Counted from the stretch's first letter, positions 25,222 through 37,584 are shown. The stretch: 64,000 nt of DNA from Felis catus (GCF_018350175.1 NC_058368.1:127474001-127538000); one strand, 5' to 3'. The notes: generated by a model not told the origin, from the sequence alone. A program made the numbers and translations.

Positions 25222-25650
25222 CTTGTGAGCACATCAGAAGCAGTAAGAAATTTCACTGCAAGCACTCCAAATAGGTAATCAGATACATCTGTAGTTATCT
25301 TCCTCCATAAACATTTCCTGGTGATTTTTGCTAACTATGAACCTGTAATAGAAACTCTCTGAATTTTACTCCAATAGAAAGCCCAGATTATTTCCACTCC
25401 AAACAAAGAGCTAAATGTCAAATTGACAGCCGTCTAGCTTCTGTTCTTGCCAAAGTAAGTCGAGAAAAGTGATATATGAGAAAGATAAACCAAAGGCAAA
25501 GCCGAAAAGCCATTCTGCAATGTATGCTAAGCTCTGTCCCAATATCAATTCTTCAGACCTGTAATGACTTAAATTCCTATAGAAATCCTTATATAGGATA
25601 ATGATTTCATAGGTAGACCTGTATCAAAGGTAAATACAATAAAACATGTT

Positions 25651-25834
25651 GGGGTGGGTGGGTGGCTCTGTTGGTTAAACCACCGACTTCAGCTCAGCTC
25701 ATGACCTCACAGTTCCTGAGTTCAAACCCCGCATCAGGCTGCAGAGCTTCCTGGGGATTCTCTCTGCCCCTTCCTCATTCGTGCTCTTTCTCTCTCTCTC
25801 TCTCTCTCTCAAAATAAATAAGCTCTAAAAAATA
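25651..25834 (+). mobile_element. Can-SINE with internal deletion
   Basis: TSD AATAAAACATGTT (25638-25650 / 25835-25847). Confidence 0.93.
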
Positions 25835-26559
25835 AATAAAACATGTTTACCCATAATAAATAATGTGCTTTTTGGTAACTCACATAAAATTGCTGTTAAA
25901 CCATCGTTGCTCTACTTTGTACAGGGATGCAAATGAAAGTTTTAGAATTAATTACAGGAAGGCGGTTTTCTCTCCTGAAGATATACCTATTATCAGGTTT
26001 CTGTATTTCACTGTTTTTAAGGAAGTTCAGATCTAGATTTAGCTCCAAATACACAATGTACTTTCACATTTGTGTTTCTGACTTAGATTTCCAGACCCCT
26101 TTTATACATTTTGAAAAATTAGGATAGCTTAACTCCTTTTTTTTTGAAACAAAAAACATGAAAAATAAACACATAAATAAATAATGAGGCGGCTTTTATG
26201 GCCTAAACCTGATCATCCACACTGACGAAAATGACATGAGGTACAGATAACCAGATACTGAAACTCAGAAACCCTACATGATTTTGGAATTTACTAGAAA
26301 TATGCGTGGAAACACTCATGCACCAGCATTTGTCCTTATTTATTTATTTTCAGATGATCCTGAAGTTTGGTCTAAGACAAAGCTCGGTAGACACTCTGAC
26401 ATAAGTCATAGCTAACTTTTCCAGGAAAAAAAAATGGATATCTACCTGAATTAGATATTTAGTGGTGCTAGGCAATTATTATCATGGTGGAAATGAAATT
26501 ATTAGTGCTACATTTTACATATAAAAGATGCCAACAGCTATACTGTTTAATTCAACCCT

Positions 26560-28597
26560 AGGTGAACTTACAAACTGAAACAAATGAACTGAATTATAAT
26601 TCAAAGGAGCAACAAAACCTTACTGAAGTGGGGTGAGAATGGGGGTTAGGGAAAAATTAACCAACCTACTTTTGAATACCGGGTTAGGTATATAAGACAA
26701 AAACAAAGCTAAAAATCTAATTAAAAATCTTACATTCTTTTCTTATTTTATACACAGGCACGGGTTAGCAATTCTGAAACTACTTTCTACAACCACATTC
26801 TAGGATTGATCAAATATATAACACACAGTAAATAATGGGGCCAGGCTTCTCAGTGTTGTAAGGAAGTTACGTAGACGAAAAGGGAGGATAGAATGACCAC
26901 TGTAGTGTTGGACTGGAATTGGAAGTATCAGTGTGAAATTACAGGTTTCATATGTAGAAATACCAAGATATATGCACGGATACAGATAAGTGTGGGTAAG
27001 TTTTTGATTCATACATTTATGTACATTAGTACATATATACATATACTTCTTCCCAGATCTGTCTGTTCATAGGACCTGGAGCAATGAGCACACCTGTTCT
27101 CTCCCCCCAGTTTTCGATTCTAAATATCATTTCCTATTAAAAGGAATCAAGAATCCTTAGCAAAGCGGCTGATTCCAAGGCTGAAGCAGGGAAAAAAATA
27201 CAAGACTTTTGCATATTTTCTGCCAAAAAGGAAGAAAGTGTGCAAGTATTGATGGGGACATGTGAAAATGACAATAAAACAAGTAGAGGGAGCTTCTCCT
27301 GTACAAATCTGGGACAGTATCAGCATCAAAATAAATGTTATTTATCAACAATATTAAAAGATTATAATCTGCTAAATAAAGAATCCATGAGTTTGCACAA
27401 AAACAAATAGGAAGGGAATACTTTTTCATATAATAAAAAAAAACAACTAATAAATGAAAAAGAAATGATCACCCTTAGGAAACCATCATAATAAGTGATT
27501 TAGGCATAAACTTTGATGAATTCTAATTACTGGGTAAAAATTTGACAAATAACAGGATATTTACTTGGTCTCAAAGTATCACTCTACAAGTTACTTTTTA
27601 ATTACAAAGAAGAAAAATAGCAATTTTAGAGTGGAGAAAAAGCACTCATCACTTTAACCAAATGATCAAAGTTAAATTATAGTAATGGAACTAAACAGCA
27701 TGTGCCTCTGGATGTAAGTAATCAGCATCACTCCTGCAGAATTCCTGCCCAAACTCTATGCCCTGAATCTCATCACAAGGAAATATAAAACCCAGACTGA
27801 AAGACAGCTACAAAACAATTGGTCTGTATTCTTCAGAAACATCAATGCCATGAAATACAACCAAAGTCTCAGAACCTGTTTCAGTTTAAAGGAAATTAAA
27901 AAGACATGACAACCAATTGTAAATCATTATTTTGTAATTTTTGGCATAAAAAGCATTATTGGGACAATTATTGAAATTTGAAATAAGGTCTGTAGATTAG
28001 ATAATCAGATTGCAACAGTGTTAATTTGTTAATTTTGGCCATTGAACTGTAACTATGGAAGAAAATTCCATGTTTTGAGGAAATATCTATGAATTTAGAG
28101 GTAAAATAGTATCATGTCTACAACTTACTGTTATGGAGTTCTGAAGAAAAAATTATAAAAATAAACATATAGAATTATGTATATATATGTTGGGGCGCCT
28201 GGGAGGCTCAGTCGGTTGAGCGTCCGACTTCGGTTCAGGTCATGATCTCGCAGTCTGTGAGTTGGAGCCCTGCGTCGGGCTCTGGGCTGACAGCTCAGAG
28301 CATGGAGTCTGCTTCGGATTCTGTGTCTCCCTCTCTCTCTGCCCCTCCCCACTCATGCTCTGTCTCTCTCTGTCTCAAAAATAAATAAACGTTAATTTTT
28401 TTTTTAATTTAGAATTGTGTATATGTATGTGTATATATAGATAGATGATAAATAGATATGAATGATAGAGACAGAGGCAGAGAGAGAGAGAATGAGAATT
28501 TTAGAGAACTCTTGGCAAAGAGTATCCAGGAATTCTTCACGCTGCTCTTGCATTTATAGTAAATCTGAAATTATGTCAAATAAAAAATTAAAATAAA
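26560..28597 (+). mobile_element. L1 3' UTR, L1MC3/L1MC4-like, interrupted by a SINE
   Basis: TTGGACTGGAATTGGAAGTATCAGTGTG, GATTCTAAATATCATT..TAAAAGGAATCA, GAATTCCTGCCCAAA..CTGAATCTCATCACAAGG, terminal GTAAATCTGAAATTATGTCAAATAAAAAATT. Confidence 0.82.
28192..28410 (+). mobile_element. Young Can-SINE nested in L1
   Basis: CpG-rich; T-rich tail; TSD agaattatgtatatatatgt / agaattgtgtatatgtatgt. Confidence 0.96.
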
Positions 28598-28719
28598 CTC
28601 CTTTGTTAGTGAGAAAGTACTTAGACTCTGTCTGGCTTTTGTTTTTCAGGCCTAATTGTAATAAATGTCTCTATTAGATTTATTTCTGAATAACAGTGCA
28701 CATTTATATTTTTCCCCAT

Positions 28720-28978
28720 GTAAGCATTTTTCAAACTGAGCTACAATCTGTTAGTAGGTTATGAAATCTGTTTGGCTGAATATGACCAGGATTTTTAGTG
28801 AGCTAGAATAAAAGAGGGAACATAAGAATGTATCGTACTTTGTATACCTAAGTATTTGTCTTTGACAGTTACATTAGAAATATATATAATTATATGTATA
28901 TATTTGTATGCCTTGAGTCTTGATGTAAAATGTTTTTCTCAGTACAGTTCACTATCAAAAAACAAATGAAAAGACTGA
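28720..28978. mobile_element. hAT-Charlie MITE, MER112-like
   Basis: TTTTTCAAACTG...TTAGTAGGTTATGAAATC...GACCAGGATTTTT...GATGTAAAATGTTTTTCT...TCAAAAAA...GAAAAGACTG. Confidence 0.6.
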
Positions 28979-30279
28979 AAATACTGCACTTTTTTTTATT
29001 CCTTGCAGTTTACCTTCACATGTATGCATATAAGCATCCAGTTTACCATACATCAAATTCTTTCAATAATCTCATAATGAACACCTTCTGTTTCTCAGGT
29101 ACCATACTGATGACGGTTACTCTCATAAAACTTGTCATCTCTTGTGGTCTCCTCCTCCTCCTCCTCTCTCTCTCAGAGTCAATCTTGCCTGCTGGATGAG
29201 TAAAAGCTAATACATCTGAGAAGTACCCAACAATGATGTGAATCCACACTACAAATTCCAGAATATGCATTTTGGGGAAAGATATAATTCTATATCATTT
29301 ATCCTGGTAACATAATTTTCTCATTTTTAAGTTATTTATCTAAAAATTGTGTTTAAAAACATCAATGCCTTCCATAACTTGACTCTGGGCACATGTTACA
29401 AAAATGCATAAAATAATGAGCTAACATCAAGAAAACACACACAAAAATATTCAGGAAAAACCAATTGGGATTAGTTTCAATAATTTATAGAGTTATTTTG
29501 TAATTATGTGCTTCTGTATAAATATACTTATTTAGATAAATGTGTCTAACCTGAGTTCTGAGGCAATGATATTCTAGCTTTCTCTGATCTTGTCATGATC
29601 AAAAGGTCAATTTCATTTCTCTCTCACCCTGGACAACTTTCCCTTAAATCATAATCTCTACACTGGTAATTTAGTTGAAGAATGATATAATTACTCCATT
29701 TCAAATTGCCTTCTGTAAAATAAAAATCATGGGCTTAACTACAGTTCTTATAAAATGAAATAGTATATTGATTGACTTTAAGGATTACAGATATTTAAAG
29801 TTAGAATTGTCAAGGAACATTTTGGTGAATTTCTACCTCTAATTTCCCAAGCATTACAAAGCATGCTTACTATAAAATCATGCTTTTTAATAACTTATCT
29901 ATTTGAAATATAATCAGGTTTTCCAATAGTATTTTAATAGGCATACAGTACAAAAAGTAAACGCATGCAGAGAAGAAAATTGTCATTTGTGACAGATTTA
30001 ACACCTGTAATTAAAAGTCCACTATAACTGGTAATTTAGTGGGTCCTTATGCCCTACTGTTTTCTCTTATTATATCAAAATGTAATCCTTCATTGTAATT
30101 TGTACTAGTTTTTAAATACAGAAGACTATGTAGAAGATGTAGAACTATAGAAAATAAAATATATTTAAAAAACAGGGAAAATAGTTATCTCTTTTTTTTG
30201 ATATGACACACTGGGATTATATATATCAATATTTTTGTGCTTCAGCCAGGCCCAGATGACTTTCAGACATTCTGAATTA

Positions 30280-30812
30280 GACAAAAACTCCTAGGATAAA
30301 GTCTAAACCATTTACCAAGACAAGGAGCCTCATAAAATCTGGCTTTTAGGTAAATTTTACAGAGTCATTTTCCACCATAATCTCATAAATATACTATGTC
30401 ATTTCATAATATACTATGTAATCATAGTATACTATGTCACTTTCAACCTTCCCTATGCTTTCATATCACCATGCTTTTGAACATGTTGTCTACTAAACCA
30501 TTAACCCCTAGCTACCTGATCATGCTTTAGGACAAAGTTGATAAAATTTCCCCTTTCTGTCTCAGCACTACCTTCCCCTCTTCCCCAAAAGATAATTCTT
30601 TCTTCCCTCTCCTCATACCTCTTTGCTCACAATTCTTTTTTACATTGTATTTTAGTTAATGTATTTTACAGTAGTCTTTCCTATTATACCATCATGAGCT
30701 TTTCAAAATGTTCTCCAGCCAGCCACTCGTTATTTTTGACCTCTATAAGAGTATACAATTACATCTGGACACAAGCACAACTGTCAATTGTTTCTGAACA
30801 AATGGTTAATGA
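30280..30812 (+). mobile_element. L2 3' fragment
   Basis: CTAGGATAAAGTCTAAACC, CATGCTTTTGAACATGTTGT, terminal TTGTTTCTGAACAAATGGTTAATGAA. Confidence 0.65.
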
Positions 30813-31022
30813 AAAGCAACAAATACCACAGGAAAATACAAAGAATTATCAAATCCCCCAAAAGAGTAGTAATTTTTAGCCCCTTGCTTGTTCAGATCAT
30901 GAAGGAAGTGATAACTGAGTTGGGCATGAACAACAAATATGTTATGGAACAAAAATGATGGCAGGACGAGGATTGTTAGTAGACAACAAGAAACTGAAAG
31001 AACCAAGACCTAGGAGCCTAAG

Positions 31023-31293
31023 TGTGCTGGCCACAAGAATGTGCTACAGACCTCCAACTGTAAGGATGGCAATAGGCTAAGGGCTCCCAGCTGCTGCCTC
31101 TGAAATCCACTGCAAATTTGCACTATGGCCATACTACCTCCCATGTCCTGCTCCCAAACAATGACTGAACACAGTAGAGATACTGAAGCAAATCCATTCT
31201 CAAGGAACACAGGACTCCTCTGTAGGCTGATTCGGGCTTGAGGACTCCCTACAGCTTTACCTAAATCCAATATAGGGTGCTTCTGCCCAACCT

Positions 31294-31341
<48 letters not shown>

Positions 31342-31699
31342 TCTTCACTTACAGTCAAACTTGTATAAGAATCTGAGGTTTCACCCAACCTTATTTGGCT
31401 CCCTTCTTAATTTCTCTTACACGGGCATTTCCTAAAATGCTTGCATTTTTTAAAAGCTTAATTATTTATTTTTGAGAGAGAGAAAGGTGGGGGCAGAGAG
31501 AGAGGGAGAGAGAGAATCCCAAGCAGGCTCCATGCTCAGCATGGAGCCCCACACGGGGCTTGATCCCACTACTGTGAGATCACGACCCAGGCCCATATCA
31601 AGAGGCAGATAAAGCCACCCAGGAGCACCCCCCCACCTAAATCCTTGCATTTTTAATCCCATTTTAGCACTGGCTTCTTGGAAGACCAAGACTAACACA
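31023..31699 (+). mobile_element. ERVL solo LTR, LTR16-family, interrupted by a SINE
   Basis: TG...CA termini; 3' end TAAATCCTTGCATTTTTAATCCCATTTTAGCACTGGCTTCTTGGAAGACCAAGACTAACACA; internal (CT)n. Confidence 0.75.
31451..31632 (-). mobile_element. Can-SINE nested in LTR16-like LTR
   Basis: TSD cctaaaatgcttgcattttt / cctaaatccttgcattttt. Confidence 0.92.
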
Positions 31700-32540
31700 C
31701 AGAAAGAATATAGTGTATATATGGCTAATTGATAAAAATTAAAACTGGAAGAGCAAACTGGGACTTGATTATTGAAGACAACTAGTCAGTTCAATAGTTT
31801 GCCTCAAGGCAGGGTAAATCTTAATTTCCTAAATACAAATAAAACTGTCTATGTAATTTGTAAAATTCACTGGTGAATTGCTTCATAGCTTAATCACCTT
31901 TCACATTCACTGGAGGTCTACACTAAATCCCTTATTGTGATTTAAGATCATTTCTTCCAGTTCAGGTGTCTGTGGAGATACGTTACAGCCAAATATAGAA
32001 ATATTGAATTAACTATGTGAACTGTCACTTCTAACTCGAATTCTTTCTACAAGATTCTGCATACACCATCTTGTGTGGCCATGGGCCACCTTTTAATGTT
32101 TGGTTAAACAGAATTAGGTTTGTTAATCTAATCTCATATGAAATACTTGTTTTTTATGACTGAAAAAAATGACTCCCCATTTGCAAGCAGAAAAATAAGG
32201 TGTGTATGTTTACTTTATGGAGGCTTTTATGATTTCCAATAGAAAGGAAATCATTTTTTCTATTCTAAAGTATTTCAAAGACTCTGCCTTCTACTGACCA
32301 TGAAAACCCAATCTTCAGTTATTTAAATTAAACATAGTATTTTATCCAATTTAAAATAATGGATATATATTTTTTCTGCCCAATATCTGAAATATGAGAG
32401 ATGACTATGTGGAGGAAATGCTGCTATCTTTCCAGATCTCTGTGTGAATAAAATAGAGGCATTTGTCTGACTGTGATAAGCACACAGTCTGGTCCAGATT
32501 CTCTGAGTATGTAATTCAACATGAAAAGCTCCAACAGCAA

Positions 32541-32614
32541 GACTTACCCATCTGCATAACACTTCAAAAATGGTGATGTACTTACCTAAAATAGAAGGAG
32601 AGATGACATTAGTG
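32541..32614 (-). other. Candidate recursive splice site with 38-nt RS-exon (32585-32548)
   Basis: Minus strand CACTAAT (branch A 32609, -24) GTCATCTCTCCTTCTATTTTAG|GTAAGTACATCACCATTTTTGAAGTGTTATGCAGATGG|GTAAGTC. Confidence 0.7.
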
Positions 32615-32850
32615 ACATTCATCACAGCTTAGACATATAGTGAAAAAACACATTCTAGAAGGCATTCAGAGCATCTGTTCCCCTCACCACTGCCAGACCC
32701 AGTTTAAGGCTTTTGTTTCTAACACAACAGGCCAGATGGTGGTGTCTCTCTAAACTATTCAAGTTTACTCCAGCACACTTCGTAAGTATCTGCTCAATAA
32801 ATGGTGAAAGAGATTATAACAATCAACCAGCCAAGCACTATGACTTATTT

Positions 32851-33105
32851 AATAACAGTAGCAAATAATATCTATTGATTTTTTACTTGCCTGCCAAACC
32901 CAGTGCAATAGGCTTTATGTGCATTTACTCTTCAGAAAATGGAGGTGAGGTAAATACTATTATTATTCCCACTACAAAGGTGTTGTAAATGAGGCTTAGA
33001 GAAGTTCATTAACTTGCTCAAAGTCACACAGCTAGAAAATGTTGGAGCTGGGATTTTCACAGGTTCTCTGATTCTAGAGCCCAATCTCACCATCTATGCT
33101 ATACC
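32851..33105 (-). mobile_element. MIR, near full length
   Basis: GAGGTAAATACTATTATTATTCCCA...TGAGGCTTAGAGAAGTT..TAACTTGCTCAAAGTCACACAGCTAG...TGATTCTAGAGCCC. Confidence 0.85.
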
Positions 33106-33794
33106 ACCAAAACTCAATGTAAAAGATGCATACTACTATTGGTACTTTGTTAAATGATAAAAATACAACTAATACAATTTTAAAGGTTGGAAGAATGACC
33201 AATTCCTGGTACTTAGCAGCTGCTGAATAATATTTGCTTAATGAATAAATAATAGCCAAAAGGATGTTACTAATGTTTAATAAATGTACTCAGGTTTTAC
33301 CCCAACACAACAAATATTTGCACAACAGAGACTCAAATGTACAAGTGATCTCTTTCTTCTGGCAGATGGGCCCTACCCAGGGCTTTATTATGCTGATTAC
33401 CTAAAAGGAGAAGTGAATGCTCTTAAGGAGAAAGATGAGGGATGAATCCAGAACAAAGAGTCAGGGAGCTACAAGAAAAGGATGGAATCCTCAAATCCTC
33501 AAATGGCATGTTAGTCTAAATATAAAATCCTCCAGCTGCTCAAGAAACAATTAGCAAGCACCATTTAACAGTTGGGTTTTCTTCAGATTTTTGGTCAATC
33601 TTGTAGAGATTCTTGATTAGCAGCAATATGTTAAAGAAAGAAGTAGCTGAGGAAGGAATAGAAACAAGGGGACCAGTTATTTGAGATAATATAGTAAACT
33701 GAAAAAATAAATATAAGAAATACCTGGAGCCTCAAATTCATAAAGAAATAACCACCAACTTATTTCATGATTTAATATCCAGAAACTTAATTTT

Positions 33795-34013
33795 TTTATA
33801 TATCTTTTTTTATGTTTATTCATTTTTGAAAGACAGAGAGAGACAGAGCACACGTAGGTGTGGGCCAGAGAGAGGGGGACACAGAATCCGAAGCAGGCTC
33901 CAGGCTCTGAGTTGTCAGCACAGAGTCCAACGCGGGTCTTGAACTCACAAACCATGAGATCATGACCTGAGCTGAAGTTGGATGCTCAACTGACTGAGAC
34001 ACCCAGGCGCCCC
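33795..34013 (-). mobile_element. Can-SINE
   Basis: TSD AGAAACTTAATTTT on both sides. Confidence 0.96.
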
Positions 34014-34604
34014 AGAAACTTAATTTTAAAAATAATTAACACCAAAAACAAACTGTCCTTTAGAAATGCAAATTTCTATTTCCATAATCTGGCAACAGAG
34101 TAAAATAAATCAATGAAACAGGAGGGCACTTCACATAAATGTCCAGTGTCTTTACCAAATAACTCAATTTTAGTATGTTTTATGTTAGAAACATCTTCAT
34201 TCACACCTGTGGATATTTTTCACTGTTTTTCTCAGCAACATTTGTAGATTATCAGCATCATATATAGATTTATAGATTTATATAATGATTACTAAAGTTA
34301 AGCTCCTCCCTCAAAAAAAAAAAGTAACAGTTTGTTTTACTTGTTTCAAGGTCAAATTAGACTTATATAAAAAAGAAGTCACAAATATCTGCAAATTTTA
34401 GTGAAGTGAATATAATTTATTCTGGGCTCACTGTTCACCCATAAAGATAATTGGACTCAATGTAGTTACAAGGCAGTTAAAAAAGCGTGTTTGGTTCCAT
34501 CTTGATAAAGACTCTGGAGAGGGTCCACAGAGCACAGTTATTGACCTGTAAGTTAGACAAGACCTGATGGGGTGTACTTGTTGAATAAGAATGACAGAAC
34601 AGCA

Positions 34605-34854
34605 GGGGCGCTGGGTGGCTCAGTCAGTAAAGAATCCTACTTCAGCTCAGGTCATGATCTCACACCCCTTGAGTTCCAGCCCTGCATTGGGCTCTATGCT
34701 GACTGCTCAGAGCTTGCAGTTCAGAGCCTGCAGTTCAGAGCCTGGAGCCTGTTTCAGATTCTGTGTCTCCCTCTCTCTCTCTGCCCTTCCCCAGCTCATG
34801 CTCTCACTCTGTCTCTGTCAAAAATAAATAAACTCAAAAAATTAAAAAAAAAAA
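34605..34854 (+). mobile_element. Can-SINE with internal 14-bp triplication
   Basis: TSD AAGAATGAC[A/G]GAACAGCA (34587-34604 / 34855-34872). Confidence 0.95.
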
Positions 34855-35995
34855 AAGAATGACGGAACAGCAGTTTTTCTTTATCTACTTCTGTGTGAGG
34901 ATACTAAGTTTCTAGGAAACATACCGTCACTCAGTGAGCGAATAAAAGAAGAGCCTAAATAAGATTCAGTTTCAGTAAACCTGAAGTATTCTATAGATTA
35001 GGATTTATACCAATGTTCTACTGAATATTTGAATCAGTTCTAAGAGATGAATGGTAATGAAAATAAGACATCAAAGTCTGCTGTATTGAGTGTTGGGGAA
35101 GGAGAGAGAACTCAAATATGGATTGTATTTGAATTCATACTTGGAAAGAAGAATAGAAACCTTCAAAGGACAGTTATATTTATTCATTAGGCAGAAATTC
35201 CTCCAGCACTAAGTTGTCCTTCTTCCCTAACCAATCCCAACCTCCATTTCCAAATCTATTGGTCAATCAGCAGTTTCTTCAACAACAACAACAACAAACA
35301 ACAAAATCTGCATTATCTTATGGAAAGTCTTGTCACTTAGTTCAGGAGCTCCTGTTCCTGTGATCAGCGTAGCTATTCCTACATAAAGTAGGTACAGGTC
35401 AGAAGAATGAGACTTATGCCAAAGTGGTCTTCTGTGCTGGGAGGATGGTTAAGTAAATTTGAGGTGAAGCTATTATTCATGGTTTACTCCATTTCTGTAT
35501 CTGGTACTGTACAGTGAGCTCTTAAAGAATTTTTTTTTGAAAAAGGAAGTCAACACATTCATACTTGAAACAACTATTAAATGATGCAAAACAACTTATA
35601 ATTAAATGTAAATTACATGGTAGAGATATTAACTGCTAGAGGAATTTAAGAAACCAGAAAAAGATGTTTCAGCTGTTGTGTGGGATTAGAGGAATATGCT
35701 ATAATTGGGTGGGAAACCATCAAGAGAATTTTTGGACCTCTGATATGAGTACACAATCAGTACATGCTCTTCTCACCAGGTCTCAAGTAAAGGATTCCCT
35801 AGAGAGATTTCAGGATTACTATGGGGGCTGATTAAGAACCTGAACTCAAAAGGCTTGCACAAGGGACCATGTGCCTACAGTGATATTTGGGAAGCAGGGC
35901 CAAAGAGTATTCTGCCTTCCTATGATCTTTTGTTCCTACAAATCACAGATAATTGACTGACAAGTAACAAGAAACATAGGTAACAGGTTACTTTT

Positions 35996-36172
35996 TTTAA
36001 TATTTATTTTTGAGAGAGAGAGAGAGAGAGAGAGAGCGAGCACATGTGCAGGGGATAGGCAGAGAAAGAAGGAGACAGAGGATCTGAAGCAGGCTCTGTG
36101 CTCTCAGCAGAGAGCCTGATATGAGGTTCAAACTCAAAAACTGTGAGATTATGACCTAAGCCAAAGGCAGAC
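35996..36172 (-). mobile_element. 5'-truncated Can-SINE
   Basis: Lacks ~30-nt head; TSD GGTAACAGG[T/C]TACTTTT (35979-35995 / 36173-36189). Confidence 0.93.
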
Positions 36173-36361
36173 GGTAACAGGCTACTTTTAAAGAAACATG
36201 ATCACATGGTATTACTAGTAAATTTTGCTGAAGGATGTTCACTTATTCACTCAGTGTCAATCATCTCTGTCTCATGAAGACACAGAAATGCTCCTAGTCA
36301 GAATACTTTGAAATGGTCTTAATCCCCACCCCTGATTATGTACATCCAAACTGATTATGTA

Positions 36362-36606
36362 CATCCGAAAATCTTGGTTTGCAAGCGTAATTTGTTCTGG
36401 AAGCATGCTTGTAATCCAAAGCACTTGTGTATCAAAGTGAATTTCAAGAACCATTGGCTCAGTTGTGATCATGTGACATTTGGCATCACTTCCTCCAGGT
36501 ATTGTAAGATACTGACGGTTTACCAAGTTAAAATTTTTATTGGAAATGTTTGCTCATCTTGTGGAACACTCACAGAACAAGCTACTTGCGATCCAAGGTT
36601 TTACTG
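36362..36606. mobile_element. Tc1/mariner (Tigger-type) MITE, family not identified
   Basis: Right terminal inverted repeat (TIR) reverse complement CAGTAAAACCTTGGATCGCAAG matches left CATCCGAAAATCTTGGTTTGCAAG; TA on both flanks. Confidence 0.7.
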
Positions 36607-36844
36607 TATACTGATTTATATCTAATTCAATTTTAGACACCTCCAAGGTCTTTAACCTTCTAGGACCATCTTTTCCTTTAAAGTTCAATGAACAGCTCAC
36701 ACCCCTATCTTAGATTTATCATGGAACCCAAACATCTTTTATGTCATCCGTGAAGTCACTCTATGTTTGAAAACCAAACAAAAAAATGGAACATTTAGTT
36801 CCATCTAAATTAGAGGCTACAGCTAGCAAGCCAATGGAGTTTAC

Positions 36845-37075
36845 CCATCTATTCATACATAAACTGTTCTAGGCACTGGAGATAAATCATTTACTACAAC
36901 AGACAGTGTCTAAATTTATGGACTTATATTCTAAAAGACGAGACATCCATTAAGCAAAAATTTGTGTAACTAAATAATCATCATTATGTTAAGTGCTATA
37001 AAGGAGGCATACAGAGGACGAAGAGAAAAGGTAACAAGGCGACTTAATCTCCTATGGGCTGTTAGTAAGGCAAAC
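36845..37075 (-). mobile_element. L2 fragment
   Basis: ACTGTTCTAGGCACTGGAGATA...GACTTATATTCTA...TAAGTGCTATAAAGGA. Confidence 0.65.
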
Positions 37076-37129
37076 CTAAAGGGGGTGGGTGAGGAAAATG
37101 GGAATGCTTCTACATATTAGGCATTATGT

Positions 37130-37340
37130 TTATTCATTCAATGAATGTTCAGCAAGTGTTACTATATTCCTGTACTATGTGCATCCAACATATACCATCT
37201 CATTTAATCCTTATGACAAACCTATAAGGAAGGTTTTATCATGCTCATTTCACAGATGAGAAGACTGAAGCTCCGAGAGATACAATATCTAGGTCATGAT
37301 CACACAAGTTGTGAGACAGGATTCTAACCCAGACCTATCC
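37130..37340 (-). mobile_element. MIR
   Basis: CTCATTTAATCCTTATGACAAACCTATAAGG...CATTTCACAGATGAGAAGACTGAAGCTC. Confidence 0.85.
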
Positions 37341-37584
37341 AGGATTTCTCCATATCAGTCAGGAGTCAGGCAATGTTACCAAGATCTCTACTATTATCAT
37401 GAATTGAGATTATATATTTATTGAAAGCAACAGCCTGAGAAGGGGCTCAGATGTGAGTACTAACTGAATCAGGACAGGCTTATCTGGGCTGGAATGGCCT
37501 AGGATTCCAGCAGGAATCCTAGATCCAGTGCGATCTATCCTTTGGTCCTACTTACCGTAAAAAATTTTCTTGTCCTTATTATCT

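Noticed and set aside
24915..25265. Three overlapping ORFs with poly-N/T/L/S/P
   Set aside because: Simple-repeat translations.
28392..28410. T-rich rather than A-rich SINE tail suggesting an inversion
   Set aside because: T-runs within felid SINE tails occur in other copies here (e.g. ~52205), so it is not distinctive.
32323..32625. 100-aa minus-strand ORF spanning the RS site
   Set aside because: Runs through branch point, pyrimidine tract and both donors; no recognisable protein. The splice-signal reading explains the sequence better.
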